The notes under the pieces were generated by a model. The model was not told the DNA's origin. It did not search any database and saw only the letters and a program-made list of their open reading frames with translations. 64,000 nucleotides of DNA, from positions 320,001 through 384,000 of the forward strand of contig CAWBMP010000002.1 in NCBI GenBank assembly GCA_963790025.1. Reading direction: 5' to 3'. Shown here piece after piece: positions 54,295 through 63,689 of the stretch. Source of the DNA: Nitrospirota bacterium. Lineage in GTDB: Bacteria; Nitrospirota; Thermodesulfovibrionia; Thermodesulfovibrionales; Dissulfurispiraceae. The position numbers and the translations under genes are program-made. Numbering within the stretch: the stretch's first letter is position 1; each line of letters opens with the position of its first letter.

Positions 54295-56055
54295 ATGGAC
54301 CCATCAAAAAGCAGAGTTTTAACTGTTCAGGACTTTTACCTGATAAGAAATATCATTACATATATCCTTAGACAAAATGGGTTTAAAGCTATAGATTCGG
54401 TCGGCAGTTGCCGGGAAGCGCTGAGCAAACTTGAGAGTGGAAACTATATCATGGTTGTGTCTGATTGGAACTCAAACATAGATGGCTTGGAGCTTCTGTA
54501 CACCATAAGGGAAAACCCGGAACTGAAAAACATTATATTCATAATGGTGACCACTGAAATCGACAAAAACAAGATAATGCAGGCAATGGAGCAGGGAGTT
54601 GATGGATATGTAGTGAAACCCTTTACAGCAGAGGCATTATGCCTTAGAATAGTCTCCGCTATAAAATCAAAGTATAAGGACCTGTACAAAAGCGTTCAAC
54701 AATCTGTAAGACAAAGTCGGGCGACATCCACAACCGATGATACCGGACCTTCAACGAAAGTATCGGAGACCACTCCAAAAGCGCCATTTTTTTCTGTCAG
54801 TAATTGGTCCACTGCGCCGTCTTATTTGCGTTCGAACCCCAAAATTTTTGTGGCGGGCAATACGGGCGCAATGATGGATATAATATCACCGCAGTTTGAC
54901 ATGATGAAGGAAACCAGTGATTTTGTATCGATCAACGACATGCTTTTAAATGCGAAAAATACTGCGAGGACAGCTAAAAAACAAACCGAAAATGCCTCAC
55001 AGATTGCAGCTGCAACCGGGGACATTGCTACAGCGTTAAACTTGTTGGATGCCCCGGCTGGTTCGCCGAAATCAATACAGGGATTAAAGGCAGTCAACAA
55101 GACTGCTGCTAAACTATCCGATATGATTGATACATTCAATAAAGATGCTGAAGATGTCATGAAAATGCTTAGTGGTATGGAGGGGATGGTAAGACAGGCC
55201 CATATTCACGAGATCAATGAAAGCATCAAAGATTCGTACGAACTGGAGATGCATCCGGAAACTGGCGCATTAAAGGATTCAAAAATCGGGCCCAACTCAA
55301 CAAAGGTTGCAGAAAAATTGGCGATGATCAGAAATGAATCAGAAAATGCCCGCGGTGCCCTCACGACCGCCGCAGAAAATGTTGCTCAGGTAATAGCAAA
55401 ACTGACTTCAACCGATCCTTCAACCAGTTCATCGCGCGAGTTATTTCATCAGTTAAGTTCAAGAATCGAAAATATTATTGATACGCTTGACAGCCAGATA
55501 GATAAATCCGGAACGCTTGCGCAAGGAATGGAAGAGGTTGCAACAGTGAAAAGTGAAGTGTCGGTTGTGAGTCCTGATAAAAAGGAAGCTGATACAGAAG
55601 TAAACAAGATAATAAATGAAGAACCTGGTCCTCGTGCCGGGGGAGAAACTAAAAGCAAGAGTGTTCCGGTGGCACTAAAGAAAATAATAGAGTATAGAAT
55701 ATTAATGATTGACCTTATCAAAAAAGATTTTCATATAAGCATAAAAAACCTTGAGGAAATGCTAAATGACAAGGCTGAATTCAGGCAGGAGCACCTGCCT
55801 GGACATCCTGCAAGCAGTATTTCCAAATGGCTTGATAAAAGAATAGAACAAAAGGATTATTATGATATAGATGTGTGTCATCAGATAGCAGACGCAGGGA
55901 ATGAACTGTATGAACAATCTGCAAAGGCCCTTGAAATGCAGGCAAAAGGAAATAGAAGAGAGGCCTTAAGTATGATGAAGAATATAAATGGTAAGGTAAA
56001 TATGATTGATACCCTTTTAAAGAAGCTTAAAGATGAATTGAAGAAAAAAATTTAG
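54295..56055 (+). CDS. Receiver domain, MCP-like helical region and degenerate CZB-like domain protein
   Basis: CheY-like VSDW, MVT, VVKPF; heptad-rich middle; C-terminal GH..S.ISKW...Y...G.R.EA pattern. Confidence 0.7.
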   Translation: MDPSKSRVLTVQDFYLIRNIITYILRQNGFKAIDSVGSCREALSKLESGNYIMVVSDWNSNIDGLELLYTIRENPELKNIIFIMVTTEIDKNKIMQAMEQGVDGYVVKPFTAEALCLRIVSAIKSKYKDLYKSVQQSVRQSRATSTTDDTGPSTKVSETTPKAPFFSVSNWSTAPSYLRSNPKIFVAGNTGAMMDIISPQFDMMKETSDFVSINDMLLNAKNTARTAKKQTENASQIAAATGDIATALNLLDAPAGSPKSIQGLKAVNKTAAKLSDMIDTFNKDAEDVMKMLSGMEGMVRQAHIHEINESIKDSYELEMHPETGALKDSKIGPNSTKVAEKLAMIRNESENARGALTTAAENVAQVIAKLTSTDPSTSSSRELFHQLSSRIENIIDTLDSQIDKSGTLAQGMEEVATVKSEVSVVSPDKKEADTEVNKIINEEPGPRAGGETKSKSVPVALKKIIEYRILMIDLIKKDFHISIKNLEEMLNDKAEFRQEHLPGHPASSISKWLDKRIEQKDYYDIDVCHQIADAGNELYEQSAKALEMQAKGNRREALSMMKNINGKVNMIDTLLKKLKDELKKKI

Positions 56056-56059
56056 CCCC

Positions 56060-56725
56060 TTACACCGGAGTCACAATGCCGTTGCTCATTTTCAGCTGGC
56101 GCCCGGTTTGCTTCGCGAGTTCGTTATTGTGAGTTACTATAATAAAAACCGTTCCTTTTTCCTGGTTAATCTTTTTGAAAAAATGAATCATTTCGGCCTC
56201 GGTCTCTTCGTCTAAATCTCCGGTGGGTTCATCGGCCAATACAATCCCTGGGCTGGTTACAAAGGCCCTTGCAATAGCAACTCTCCTCTGCTGGCCCCCA
56301 GAAAGCTGGGATGGATAGGACTTTATTTTATCACTCAGGCCGACAACATCACAGAGATACTTCGCGTAGCTGCCTGCGTCCTCGCCATGCATGCCGAAGG
56401 TCAGCGGGAGTACGATATTTTCGAAAACAGAAAGCGTGGGGATAAGACTCGCAAACTGGTAGATAAAACTGATCGTTTTACTCCTGAAATCCGAAAGAGC
56501 GTCGTCGCTCATAGACCAGATATCGTTTCCATTTATGATGACCGATCCTGAATCCGGTTTTGTAAGCCCCCCGATCAGACTCAGAAGTGTCGTTTTCCCG
56601 CTCCCGGAATGTCCAATTATAGATACCAACTCACCGGGACTCACCGTAAAGACCGCCTTATCTACAGCCGCGACTTTTTTCCCTGCAATCGTATACTTCT
56701 TGGTAACGTCCTTAATTTCTATCAT
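56060..56725 (-). CDS. ABC transporter ATPase, LolD/MacB-like
   Basis: GHSGSGKT, LSGGQQRRVAIARA, LADEPTG, VTH. Confidence 0.93.
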   Translation of the reverse strand: MIEIKDVTKKYTIAGKKVAAVDKAVFTVSPGELVSIIGHSGSGKTTLLSLIGGLTKPDSGSVIINGNDIWSMSDDALSDFRSKTISFIYQFASLIPTLSVFENIVLPLTFGMHGEDAGSYAKYLCDVVGLSDKIKSYPSQLSGGQQRRVAIARAFVTSPGIVLADEPTGDLDEETEAEMIHFFKKINQEKGTVFIIVTHNNELAKQTGRQLKMSNGIVTPV

Positions 56726-57372
56726 TATTCCTTTCCAGTCTTTTCTATCTCTTTCATCAGCACTTCGGCTGCGCCGGTGTCGATGTCTTTTAAAGCCTCA
56801 TATTCCCGCATCGCAGCTTTCCTGTCTTTTACTTTCAGATACGTTATTCCAAGATTGAGTCGCGCCGTCACATAGCGAGGACGCAACTGCACGGCTTTCT
56901 TCAACACAGATATTTCTTCGCGGTCCCTGCCCAGTTTTCCGTATGCTATTCCAAGGTTATTGTATGCCACCGGATAGGCCGGCATATAATGTACCGCTTT
57001 TTTTAAGGCCGTCACTGCTTCGCCCGGCTGCCCTATCCGGTCATATGCCGTTCCCATTTTTAAATATACATACCCCTGTGCAGGTCTCAGCTTAGACACT
57101 TTTTTATAGGCATCGATCGCTTCGGGATATTGACCGTCACGTTCATATAAATCTGCCAGACGGAACCAGGCATCAGCGTCTTCGGGATGCTCTGCAGCAT
57201 TTTTCTTTGCATCGGAAAGAATCGTATCAACCGCATAAGGATTGAAAGCCGGTCCCTGATTTTTTTCAGCCGGTGTCTCTTCTTTTTTACAGGAATAAGA
57301 TAGTGCCGTTCCGAATAAAAACAGAAATAAAAGAGCAATGGCCGCTGCCCTGTTCAGTATACATTTTTTCAT
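56725..57372 (-). CDS. TPR-repeat lipoprotein
   Basis: Signal with SYSC-KKEE; tandem TPRs (AWFRLA, VYLKMG, AYNNLG, ARLNLG). Confidence 0.85.
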   Translation of the reverse strand: MKKCILNRAAAIALLFLFLFGTALSYSCKKEETPAEKNQGPAFNPYAVDTILSDAKKNAAEHPEDADAWFRLADLYERDGQYPEAIDAYKKVSKLRPAQGYVYLKMGTAYDRIGQPGEAVTALKKAVHYMPAYPVAYNNLGIAYGKLGRDREEISVLKKAVQLRPRYVTARLNLGITYLKVKDRKAAMREYEALKDIDTGAAEVLMKEIEKTGKE

Positions 57373-57836
57373 CTCGTACCTCCGGACTCGGGGTAAAGCT
57401 CCAAAAGCCTCGCTTTCATCAGTCCAAAGGCGGCAGCGAAATCCACGGGATTGCCCCACTTCCCGGCTTCGGCGTCAGTCCTGAAGGCCGCTATGCTCCA
57501 TGACATCGGGGTATCAAATTTCTTGCTTCGGACATACCGGGCCTTCCTGCCGTCGATCCATGCGCCGCCCGCATAATCTTTCACATATACAGCCCGGATC
57601 GCGTTCTTCGATGTCCTGAAATGATAAAGCATATCCCCCAAATCGCAAAAAAACAATTTCCTGCCTTTTTCATCAATGACCTCGTTAGCAAATTTCGAGT
57701 TGCGGTCAACAGCCATCCCGCATTCATCGCAGTGTTTTCCCTCAGGTATCGCCACAGGTTGCGCATATACCACAGAAAAAAAACAGGCAAAAACTAAGAC
57801 ACAACCTATACCTGTACCTTTTATTCGTGATTTCAT
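57369..57836 (-). CDS. NosL-family metal chaperone-like exported protein
   Basis: CDECGM, FFCDLGDM, YVKDY...WID...A.YV, TPM. Confidence 0.85.
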   Translation of the reverse strand: MKSRIKGTGIGCVLVFACFFSVVYAQPVAIPEGKHCDECGMAVDRNSKFANEVIDEKGRKLFFCDLGDMLYHFRTSKNAIRAVYVKDYAGGAWIDGRKARYVRSKKFDTPMSWSIAAFRTDAEAGKWGNPVDFAAAFGLMKARLLELYPESGGTR

Positions 57837-57837
57837 T

Positions 57838-59046
57838 TCACTCTCCTCTACGTATGGCCTCATACGGCTCCATTCTGCTTGCTATCATCGCGGGCATCAG
57901 GGACGATAGGAGTCCAGTAATCACAGAAAAAAGCAGAGCGCCGGCCACCAATTCCGCAAGCACGACCGGGGGTGGCAAAAGATACGGTAATTTAAGACTG
58001 TTCAAGATAAAAGATTTGAATGTCAGCAGGATTGCCGAGCCTCCGATCAACCCGCATATGCCGCCTGCTATAGAAATGATAATCGCTTCCGCAATAATAA
58101 GCCCGAAAATATGCCTTTTCTTCGCCCCCATGGCCCTCAAGAGACCAATTTCACGCTGTCTCTCATTCACTATCATATAAAAAGCAAATCCCATCATAAG
58201 AAGCGCCAGCACCCACACAACGGCGCTTATAATAATTATGCCATTAAGAAGTCCGCTCAACTGTTTCCTCACTGTGTTCAATACTTCATCAGAGGCAATA
58301 GCCTTAACCCCATCAATGTCGTGGTCTATTCTGATAGCGACCCTGTCCGGAGCATCGTCACTTTGGACCTTGACCAGCACTGCCGATATTTTGTCTCTGC
58401 CTATGTCGATCGGCTGCATGGATCTGGTCTTCGAATTTGCAGCCATTGCATAGGCAGCATCCAGTGACATGAAAACCGTACGGTCAAAAAATTTCATTCC
58501 TGTAGGTTCCAGGGTGCCTGCTACAGTGAAAGGCGTCCCGTAAAATGGGATCGTATCTCCCACGATCACAGGCACGCTCCTGCCGGTTATAACCTCGCTG
58601 ACGCTCAAAGGCTTCTTCATATTTTTTTCAAGCCATGGGGCTATAGTAAAGTCCGTGAGAGGATCGAAAGCCACGAGAAAGACATCAACATTATAACAGC
58701 AGGTAAAGGAGGTCGGTTTAATAAAAAGCTGCGGGGTCGCCTCCTTAACACCATCAATATGCCTGACTTTGTCAAGCACGGACTTGTCCATATAAAAACT
58801 GGCCGGTTCGCCTGCAAGCAATGCCGAACGGGCCTCGGAGACATTTTTCTCAGGGACAACGAGGATGTCCGCGCCGAGCCGATACGTCCCGATCTTCAGT
58901 GCGTTCTGCATACTCGATATGAAGAGCGTCGCAGCAAATATGGTTCCGGTAACCACAGTCACCGCCAGGAGAAGCAGCAAGGTCCTGATAATTTTTCTGC
59001 TCAGATTTTTGACCGCAATCGAAAATATAGTTAATCGTGTCTTCAT
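57838..59046 (-). CDS. ABC transporter permease, MacB/FtsX/LolC-like
   Basis: NL.R...RT, RLGADILVVP, ER.REIGLLRAMGA, PA..ASRMEP..AIR. Confidence 0.92.
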   Translation of the reverse strand: MKTRLTIFSIAVKNLSRKIIRTLLLLLAVTVVTGTIFAATLFISSMQNALKIGTYRLGADILVVPEKNVSEARSALLAGEPASFYMDKSVLDKVRHIDGVKEATPQLFIKPTSFTCCYNVDVFLVAFDPLTDFTIAPWLEKNMKKPLSVSEVITGRSVPVIVGDTIPFYGTPFTVAGTLEPTGMKFFDRTVFMSLDAAYAMAANSKTRSMQPIDIGRDKISAVLVKVQSDDAPDRVAIRIDHDIDGVKAIASDEVLNTVRKQLSGLLNGIIIISAVVWVLALLMMGFAFYMIVNERQREIGLLRAMGAKKRHIFGLIIAEAIIISIAGGICGLIGGSAILLTFKSFILNSLKLPYLLPPPVVLAELVAGALLFSVITGLLSSLMPAMIASRMEPYEAIRRGE

Positions 59047-59086
59047 AAAAAACCTTTACCGCCTCGCCCAATCTTAATTTATACAG

Positions 59087-59120
59087 AAAAAAGAGGGGCA
59101 TAAGTCATTATGCCCCTCTT
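59087..59120 (-). terminator. Intra-operon intrinsic terminator after the beta-propeller gene
   Basis: AAGAGGGGCATAA-tgac-TTATGCCCCTCTT followed by T-tract on the minus strand. Confidence 0.85.
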
Positions 59121-59142
59121 CCGTAATAATTGTCCAATAAGA

Positions 59143-60270
59143 CTATTTACCAGGATTCCAGTCAATCTCCAGACCGCAAAGGAGCGGAGACCCCTTGTCG
59201 ACCTTGACCTCTATTCCATTGGCTTTGTGGCAGGAGGCGCATGCCGAAACCCTGCGCACAATATTGGCATTCCTTAAATCCATGACGTCGAGTGTGCTGT
59301 CATCGGCATATGTCCTGGAGGTAAGGAACGCATATTTCCCGTCCTTCGTAAATGCAAAGTCGTGCGGTCTGATATTATCAGGCAGGATAATCCTCTTTAT
59401 TATCTTATCGGTCTTTGTATCGATAACAATGATCTGGCTCTTATGCGTCCCCGGCTTCAGGCCTGGATCATACTCATTGGGAGCGCTGACCCACAGATAT
59501 TTACCGTCGGGCGTCATGCGCGTCTGGTGAATAAATGTCATCTCAGGGCTTTTTATCTCTTTTATCGGCTTTTTCGTCTTCCAATTATATACATAGACGA
59601 TACCTGTCGGCATATCGGTTATGTACGCCTTTTTATTATTTTTGGTCCACTGGATGCCGCATACCGCTTTACCCACCGGCATTTTATCCGCTGTTTTTAA
59701 CTTTTTGGCATCCCATACATATACATTGCCGTCAGCCATGTCTTCCAGATAGACCTTGCCGTCAGGACCTACAATAGCCCCGCAGAACTTTTCTCCAACG
59801 TGGAAGGGCCCTTCTTTTTTTCCTGATGCCATGTCAATTTTATAGACATCGCCGCTCAATGTGCCGGCAATCATTACTTTCTTCCCCTTCTCGGTGATAA
59901 GCGCCTGACCGTGCGTGCCGCCGGCCTTCTTGACCTCCTCAAAGCTCATTCCGGCAATCTTTCCTTCCATCTCCGAGCCGGCCTCGACAAGTACAATTCT
60001 GTCTTTTTCGACATCCATCGGAGGCTTCATGGTCCGCATATCGATAATAGCTACATGTCCGCCATGACCTGCGATATAGCCAACAGCATTGAAAGTGACA
60101 TTTTTTTCCGGCGTGATCACTTTGGCATCTATGGTATCACCGGGTGCGGTATAACATGATTCGCCACTCATATCGACGGCAGCAATGCCGTTCTTAGGAG
60201 CACTGCCAAACACTATAAGCCCTGCTATAACCATAGAACCTGCTACTAAAACCGCCAGTTTTTGCCTCAT
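59143..60270 (-). CDS. Exported YncE/YVTN-type beta-propeller protein with C-terminal CxxCH motif
   Basis: Sec-type signal; (T/G)PDGK/TKDGK/TKNNK blade repeats; SACASCHK. Confidence 0.8.
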   Translation of the reverse strand: MRQKLAVLVAGSMVIAGLIVFGSAPKNGIAAVDMSGESCYTAPGDTIDAKVITPEKNVTFNAVGYIAGHGGHVAIIDMRTMKPPMDVEKDRIVLVEAGSEMEGKIAGMSFEEVKKAGGTHGQALITEKGKKVMIAGTLSGDVYKIDMASGKKEGPFHVGEKFCGAIVGPDGKVYLEDMADGNVYVWDAKKLKTADKMPVGKAVCGIQWTKNNKKAYITDMPTGIVYVYNWKTKKPIKEIKSPEMTFIHQTRMTPDGKYLWVSAPNEYDPGLKPGTHKSQIIVIDTKTDKIIKRIILPDNIRPHDFAFTKDGKYAFLTSRTYADDSTLDVMDLRNANIVRRVSACASCHKANGIEVKVDKGSPLLCGLEIDWNPGK

Positions 60271-60283
60271 GCTTCCCCCATTC

Positions 60284-60379
60284 TTATGTATTGTTTTCGT
60301 TTTTCTGCTGTACTGCACACGCCGAAGCCGCCGTGCTGCCCCCATAAGAACAGAGAACAGCCCTGAACACTTTACTCAT
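60284..60379 (-). CDS. Candidate 31-aa leader peptide
   Basis: AAGGAGGTGAG-ATG; MSKVFRAVLCSYGGSTAASACAVQQKNENNT*. Confidence 0.35.
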   Translation of the reverse strand: MSKVFRAVLCSYGGSTAASACAVQQKNENNT

Positions 60380-60406
60380 CTCACCTCCTTCCACTCTCCT
60401 GTAACT

Positions 60407-60435
60407 ATCTTAAAATATTAACTCTTTTGTGTCAA
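60407..60435 (-). promoter_or_regulatory. sigma70 promoter of the propeller/ABC/NosL operon
   Basis: TTGACA-N17-TAAGAT on the minus strand. Confidence 0.7.
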
Positions 60436-60460
60436 GTATCTAGCAATTGATTGTAACTGG

Positions 60461-61027
60461 CTACTTATTAGCAGTGATAAAGTCGTTGACAGTAAAAATA
60501 TCGTATACCGGATACCCCAAAGCCTCAATGTTTTGTCTGCCGTTCTGTTCGCACCGGTCAACAAGCACAATGACGGCATCTATAATCAGACCGTATTCTC
60601 TGGACACTTTTATGGCCTTTATTGTAGAGCCTCCGGTGGTTACTACATCATCGATGACGATGACATGGTCTCCAGCCTTTACATTGCCTTCAATGGGCAA
60701 CCTCAATCCGTGCTCCTTCGGCTCTTTACGGATAACAAATGCCTGAATCGGCTCTTTAGAATAATACGAATGCATGGCAACTGCATAAGCTATCGGGTCG
60801 GCCCCCATTGTCAGCCCGCCTATGGCATCGGGAGACAGTTTCAGTTCTTTGATTTTTTCAAATACCAGCTTGCCTACGAGGTACATACCGTCAGGGGACT
60901 GCGTCGTTTTTTTCATGTTGAAATAAAAACTGCTTACCCCACCGGAAGTAAGTTTGAATACAGGTTCCATGCTGTACTGAAAGGAACGCTCCTTTATTAT
61001 CTCAATAAGGGTGTTTTTATCATTCAT
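60461..61027 (-). CDS. pyrE: Orotate phosphoribosyltransferase
   Basis: FKLTSG, GGLTMGADP, RKEPKEHG, IDDVVTTGGS. Confidence 0.95.
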   Translation of the reverse strand: MNDKNTLIEIIKERSFQYSMEPVFKLTSGGVSSFYFNMKKTTQSPDGMYLVGKLVFEKIKELKLSPDAIGGLTMGADPIAYAVAMHSYYSKEPIQAFVIRKEPKEHGLRLPIEGNVKAGDHVIVIDDVVTTGGSTIKAIKVSREYGLIIDAVIVLVDRCEQNGRQNIEALGYPVYDIFTVNDFITANK

Positions 61028-61111
61028 AGCTTAAAAATGTAACAAAACAGATACATAAAAATCAAATAGATAAAGGTTGCATGTTTATTTATCATTTTGC
61101 TTTAATATTGC

Positions 61112-61792
61112 ATGCAGACTATGCCGGATGAAAAAACTTTTTCGCTATTAGCGGTATTACAGGAAGTTAACAACAGGGAATTCAGGAAGCGACTTGAAGA
61201 CTTTCCCGAGAAAATGCACTATTATGCGCTGGTGGCCAGTAGTATTATAGGGGCGGAAAATTCAAAAAGGATATCTGAGACCCCTTCCGGTGTCGCCGAG
61301 CAGAGCAAGGCGTTCGTATCGGACTTGCTGAATATGAAGCCGGTCGATGACGATGATGCTTTCAGGGAAATGCTCGAAGTCTACATCGTAAAAACGCTGG
61401 AGAGCGAGTTGAGGTTTTGCTGCTTAAACTGCAAGAATTTCGAGCAGTGCCTGGATGTAGAAAATCTTTCAGTCGGGCAGCTTTTTAAAAAACGCGTTCT
61501 CGGTGATGACACGACAAAGACAAGAATGGAAATATCACTCCTGGTCGAAGAAGCACTCCGGAATACTCCTTATATTAACTCTGACGACGGGCATCTCTTA
61601 TGCAGCAAATTCGAGCACCAGTACACGGCCTCGAATATAGGCGAAGTCTTCGGACGCTATGCGGCAATAGCAGCGGACCTTAAAGAGAAATTCGGCATCG
61701 ACTATATAGCGTTCCAGCAGCAGATACTGGAGATCAATACATCTTTCTTAAAAAATTACAGTGAGCAGGCAAGAAATGCACAAAGAACATAG
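61112..61792 (+). CDS. Hypothetical helical protein with Cys cluster
   Basis: 226-aa ORF; CCLNCKNFEQC and a later Cys. Confidence 0.7.
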   Translation: MQTMPDEKTFSLLAVLQEVNNREFRKRLEDFPEKMHYYALVASSIIGAENSKRISETPSGVAEQSKAFVSDLLNMKPVDDDDAFREMLEVYIVKTLESELRFCCLNCKNFEQCLDVENLSVGQLFKKRVLGDDTTKTRMEISLLVEEALRNTPYINSDDGHLLCSKFEHQYTASNIGEVFGRYAAIAADLKEKFGIDYIAFQQQILEINTSFLKNYSEQARNAQRT

Positions 61793-61811
61793 GATGTACA
61801 TCCTATGTTCT
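61784..61811. repeat. Perfect 28-bp loopless palindrome between convergent genes
   Basis: agaacataggatgt|acatcctatgttct. Confidence 0.9.
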
Positions 61812-63022
61812 ACAGTCCCTTCTTTCTCCGGATCAAGTCATGCCTTCTGACTCCCTGCGGAACATTGATTCTGATAACACCTTCATTCCTTGCTGACATA
61901 ATAGCAACACCTTCGCCATCAAACATTGACTCAACAGAGAAATGTTGACCCTCAAGTCCCGGAGTAAGGTATTCTATATCGTCTCCTTTATCAAGCCTGT
62001 TCCTGAGGGCTATTTTTGCAGATCCTCCGTTCACTTCCACTACCACACCCACCAGTTCATGGCTCATACGGTAACTTTCACCATCAAAATTATAATCGGC
62101 ATCCGGCTGTTTTCCAAAAAACATGCCGGTCGTATATCCCCTGCTGCTGAACATGGAAAGTTCGTCCACCCAGCTTTTCCTGACACTATAATCCCCGCTT
62201 CCCCCGATTGAATCGATTGCTTCCCTGTAAACTTTCACCACACCGGCAACATAATTTATGCCTTTCATCCTGCCTTCTATTTTGAAACTGTCCACTCCAG
62301 CTCCCATGAGAAGATCAAGGTGCGGCAGCATGCAGAGGTCCTTTGAACTCATGAGATAGGTGCCCCGGCTGTCCTCTAAAACCGGGAAATATTCTCCGGG
62401 GCGCTTCTCCTCCAGCAAGGCATAGTTCCACCTGCAGGAATTAGTGCATTCGCCCCTGTTGGCTCCGCGGGATGCAAGGAAACTGCTGATATAACACCGA
62501 CCCGAATAGGATATGCAAATTGAGCCGTGGACAAAAACTTCAAGCTCGACTGAAACCTTTTCCCTGATTTCGCCTATTTCTTCCACAGTCAGTTCCCTGG
62601 AAAGCACAAGACGCTTTGCGCCGCAGTCCTCCCAGAACCGTGCAGCGGCACAATTTGTGATATTTGCCTGGGTGCTGATATGAAGAGGAATGGCCGGCGC
62701 GGTTTTTTTGAATAAAGCACAGATACCCGGGTCGGAAACAATAACAGCATCGGGGCGGAAATCCATAAGCTGTTCAATATGCTCCTCTATGGCAGGCAGA
62801 ATCTTTGTTGTGGGGGAAAATATTGACCGTTACATACACGCGAACACCTTTCTTCCGCGCATATGCAACGGCAGCGCGCACCTCCTCGCTGCCAAAATTC
62901 CCGGCTTTGCTTCTCAGGCTAAACCCGGAATCACCCAGGTATACCGCATCAGCCCCATAGTGAATTGCCGTCTTCATCTTCTCGAAATCTCCGGCAGGGG
63001 CGAGCAATTCAGGCTTTTTCAC
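61810..63022 (-). pseudogene. U32-family protein (TrhP/YegQ-like) with +1 frameshift near 62800
   Basis: [15 protein letters not shown], then HISTQAN, CISYSGRC, CTNSCRW, KIEGR; removing one base gives HNKDLPAIEEHIEQLMDF. Confidence 0.85.
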
Positions 63023-63482
63023 GGTATATTCGCTCCCTGCATATTTCAATGGCGTTCCGTGCGAGTTGGTCACACCGTTCATTCTCATAATGCCCGTTGT
63101 GTCCCTTGATCCACGTCCATTCAATTTCATGGGTCGCTGATGCATTAATAAGTCTCTCCCAGAGATCTCTGTTGAGAACGTCCTTCTTTTGAGAGTTTTT
63201 CCAGCTATTCTTTATCCATCCCCTGATCCATTCAGTCATGCCCTTTACTACATAATTCGAGTCGCTTATCACCCTGACCCTGCACGGTTTCTTAAGCACT
63301 TCAAGGGCGGTAATAACACCGAGCAGTTCCATTCTATTATTCGTTGTCATCGCCTCGCAGCCGGACAGCTCTTTTTCTTTTGCTCCTGCCCGCAAGATAG
63401 CACCGTATCCGCCGACGCCGGGATTTCCGCTGCAGGCGCCGTCAGCATAAATTTCGACAAAAGGCAATTTATCACTTTTCAT
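63009..63482 (-). CDS. rnhA: Ribonuclease HI
   Basis: [33 protein letters not shown]. Confidence 0.97.
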   Translation of the reverse strand: MKSDKLPFVEIYADGACSGNPGVGGYGAILRAGAKEKELSGCEAMTTNNRMELLGVITALEVLKKPCRVRVISDSNYVVKGMTEWIRGWIKNSWKNSQKKDVLNRDLWERLINASATHEIEWTWIKGHNGHYENERCDQLARNAIEICRERIYREKA

Positions 63483-63689
63483 GCGTATATATTATAACTC
63501 AAAGGCCCCCTTGAGCCGCAAAACTCTATCTATTGTCTGATTGATAGTGACGTATAACCGCAAGAGGAATGTGATATACTGTATGAAGAGAATTTTGGCT
63601 TTTTCAGAACGCGATTATGCGGCAATGTCGTAGCGCGAACTGCGGCCCATCACGATTAATATGGAAAAACTGATTTAGGAGGATTGAAA

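Noticed and set aside
59143..60270. Calling the propeller NosZ or NirS
   Set aside because: Too short, no CuA domain, no Tat motif, no nosD, and the CxxCH is C-terminal.
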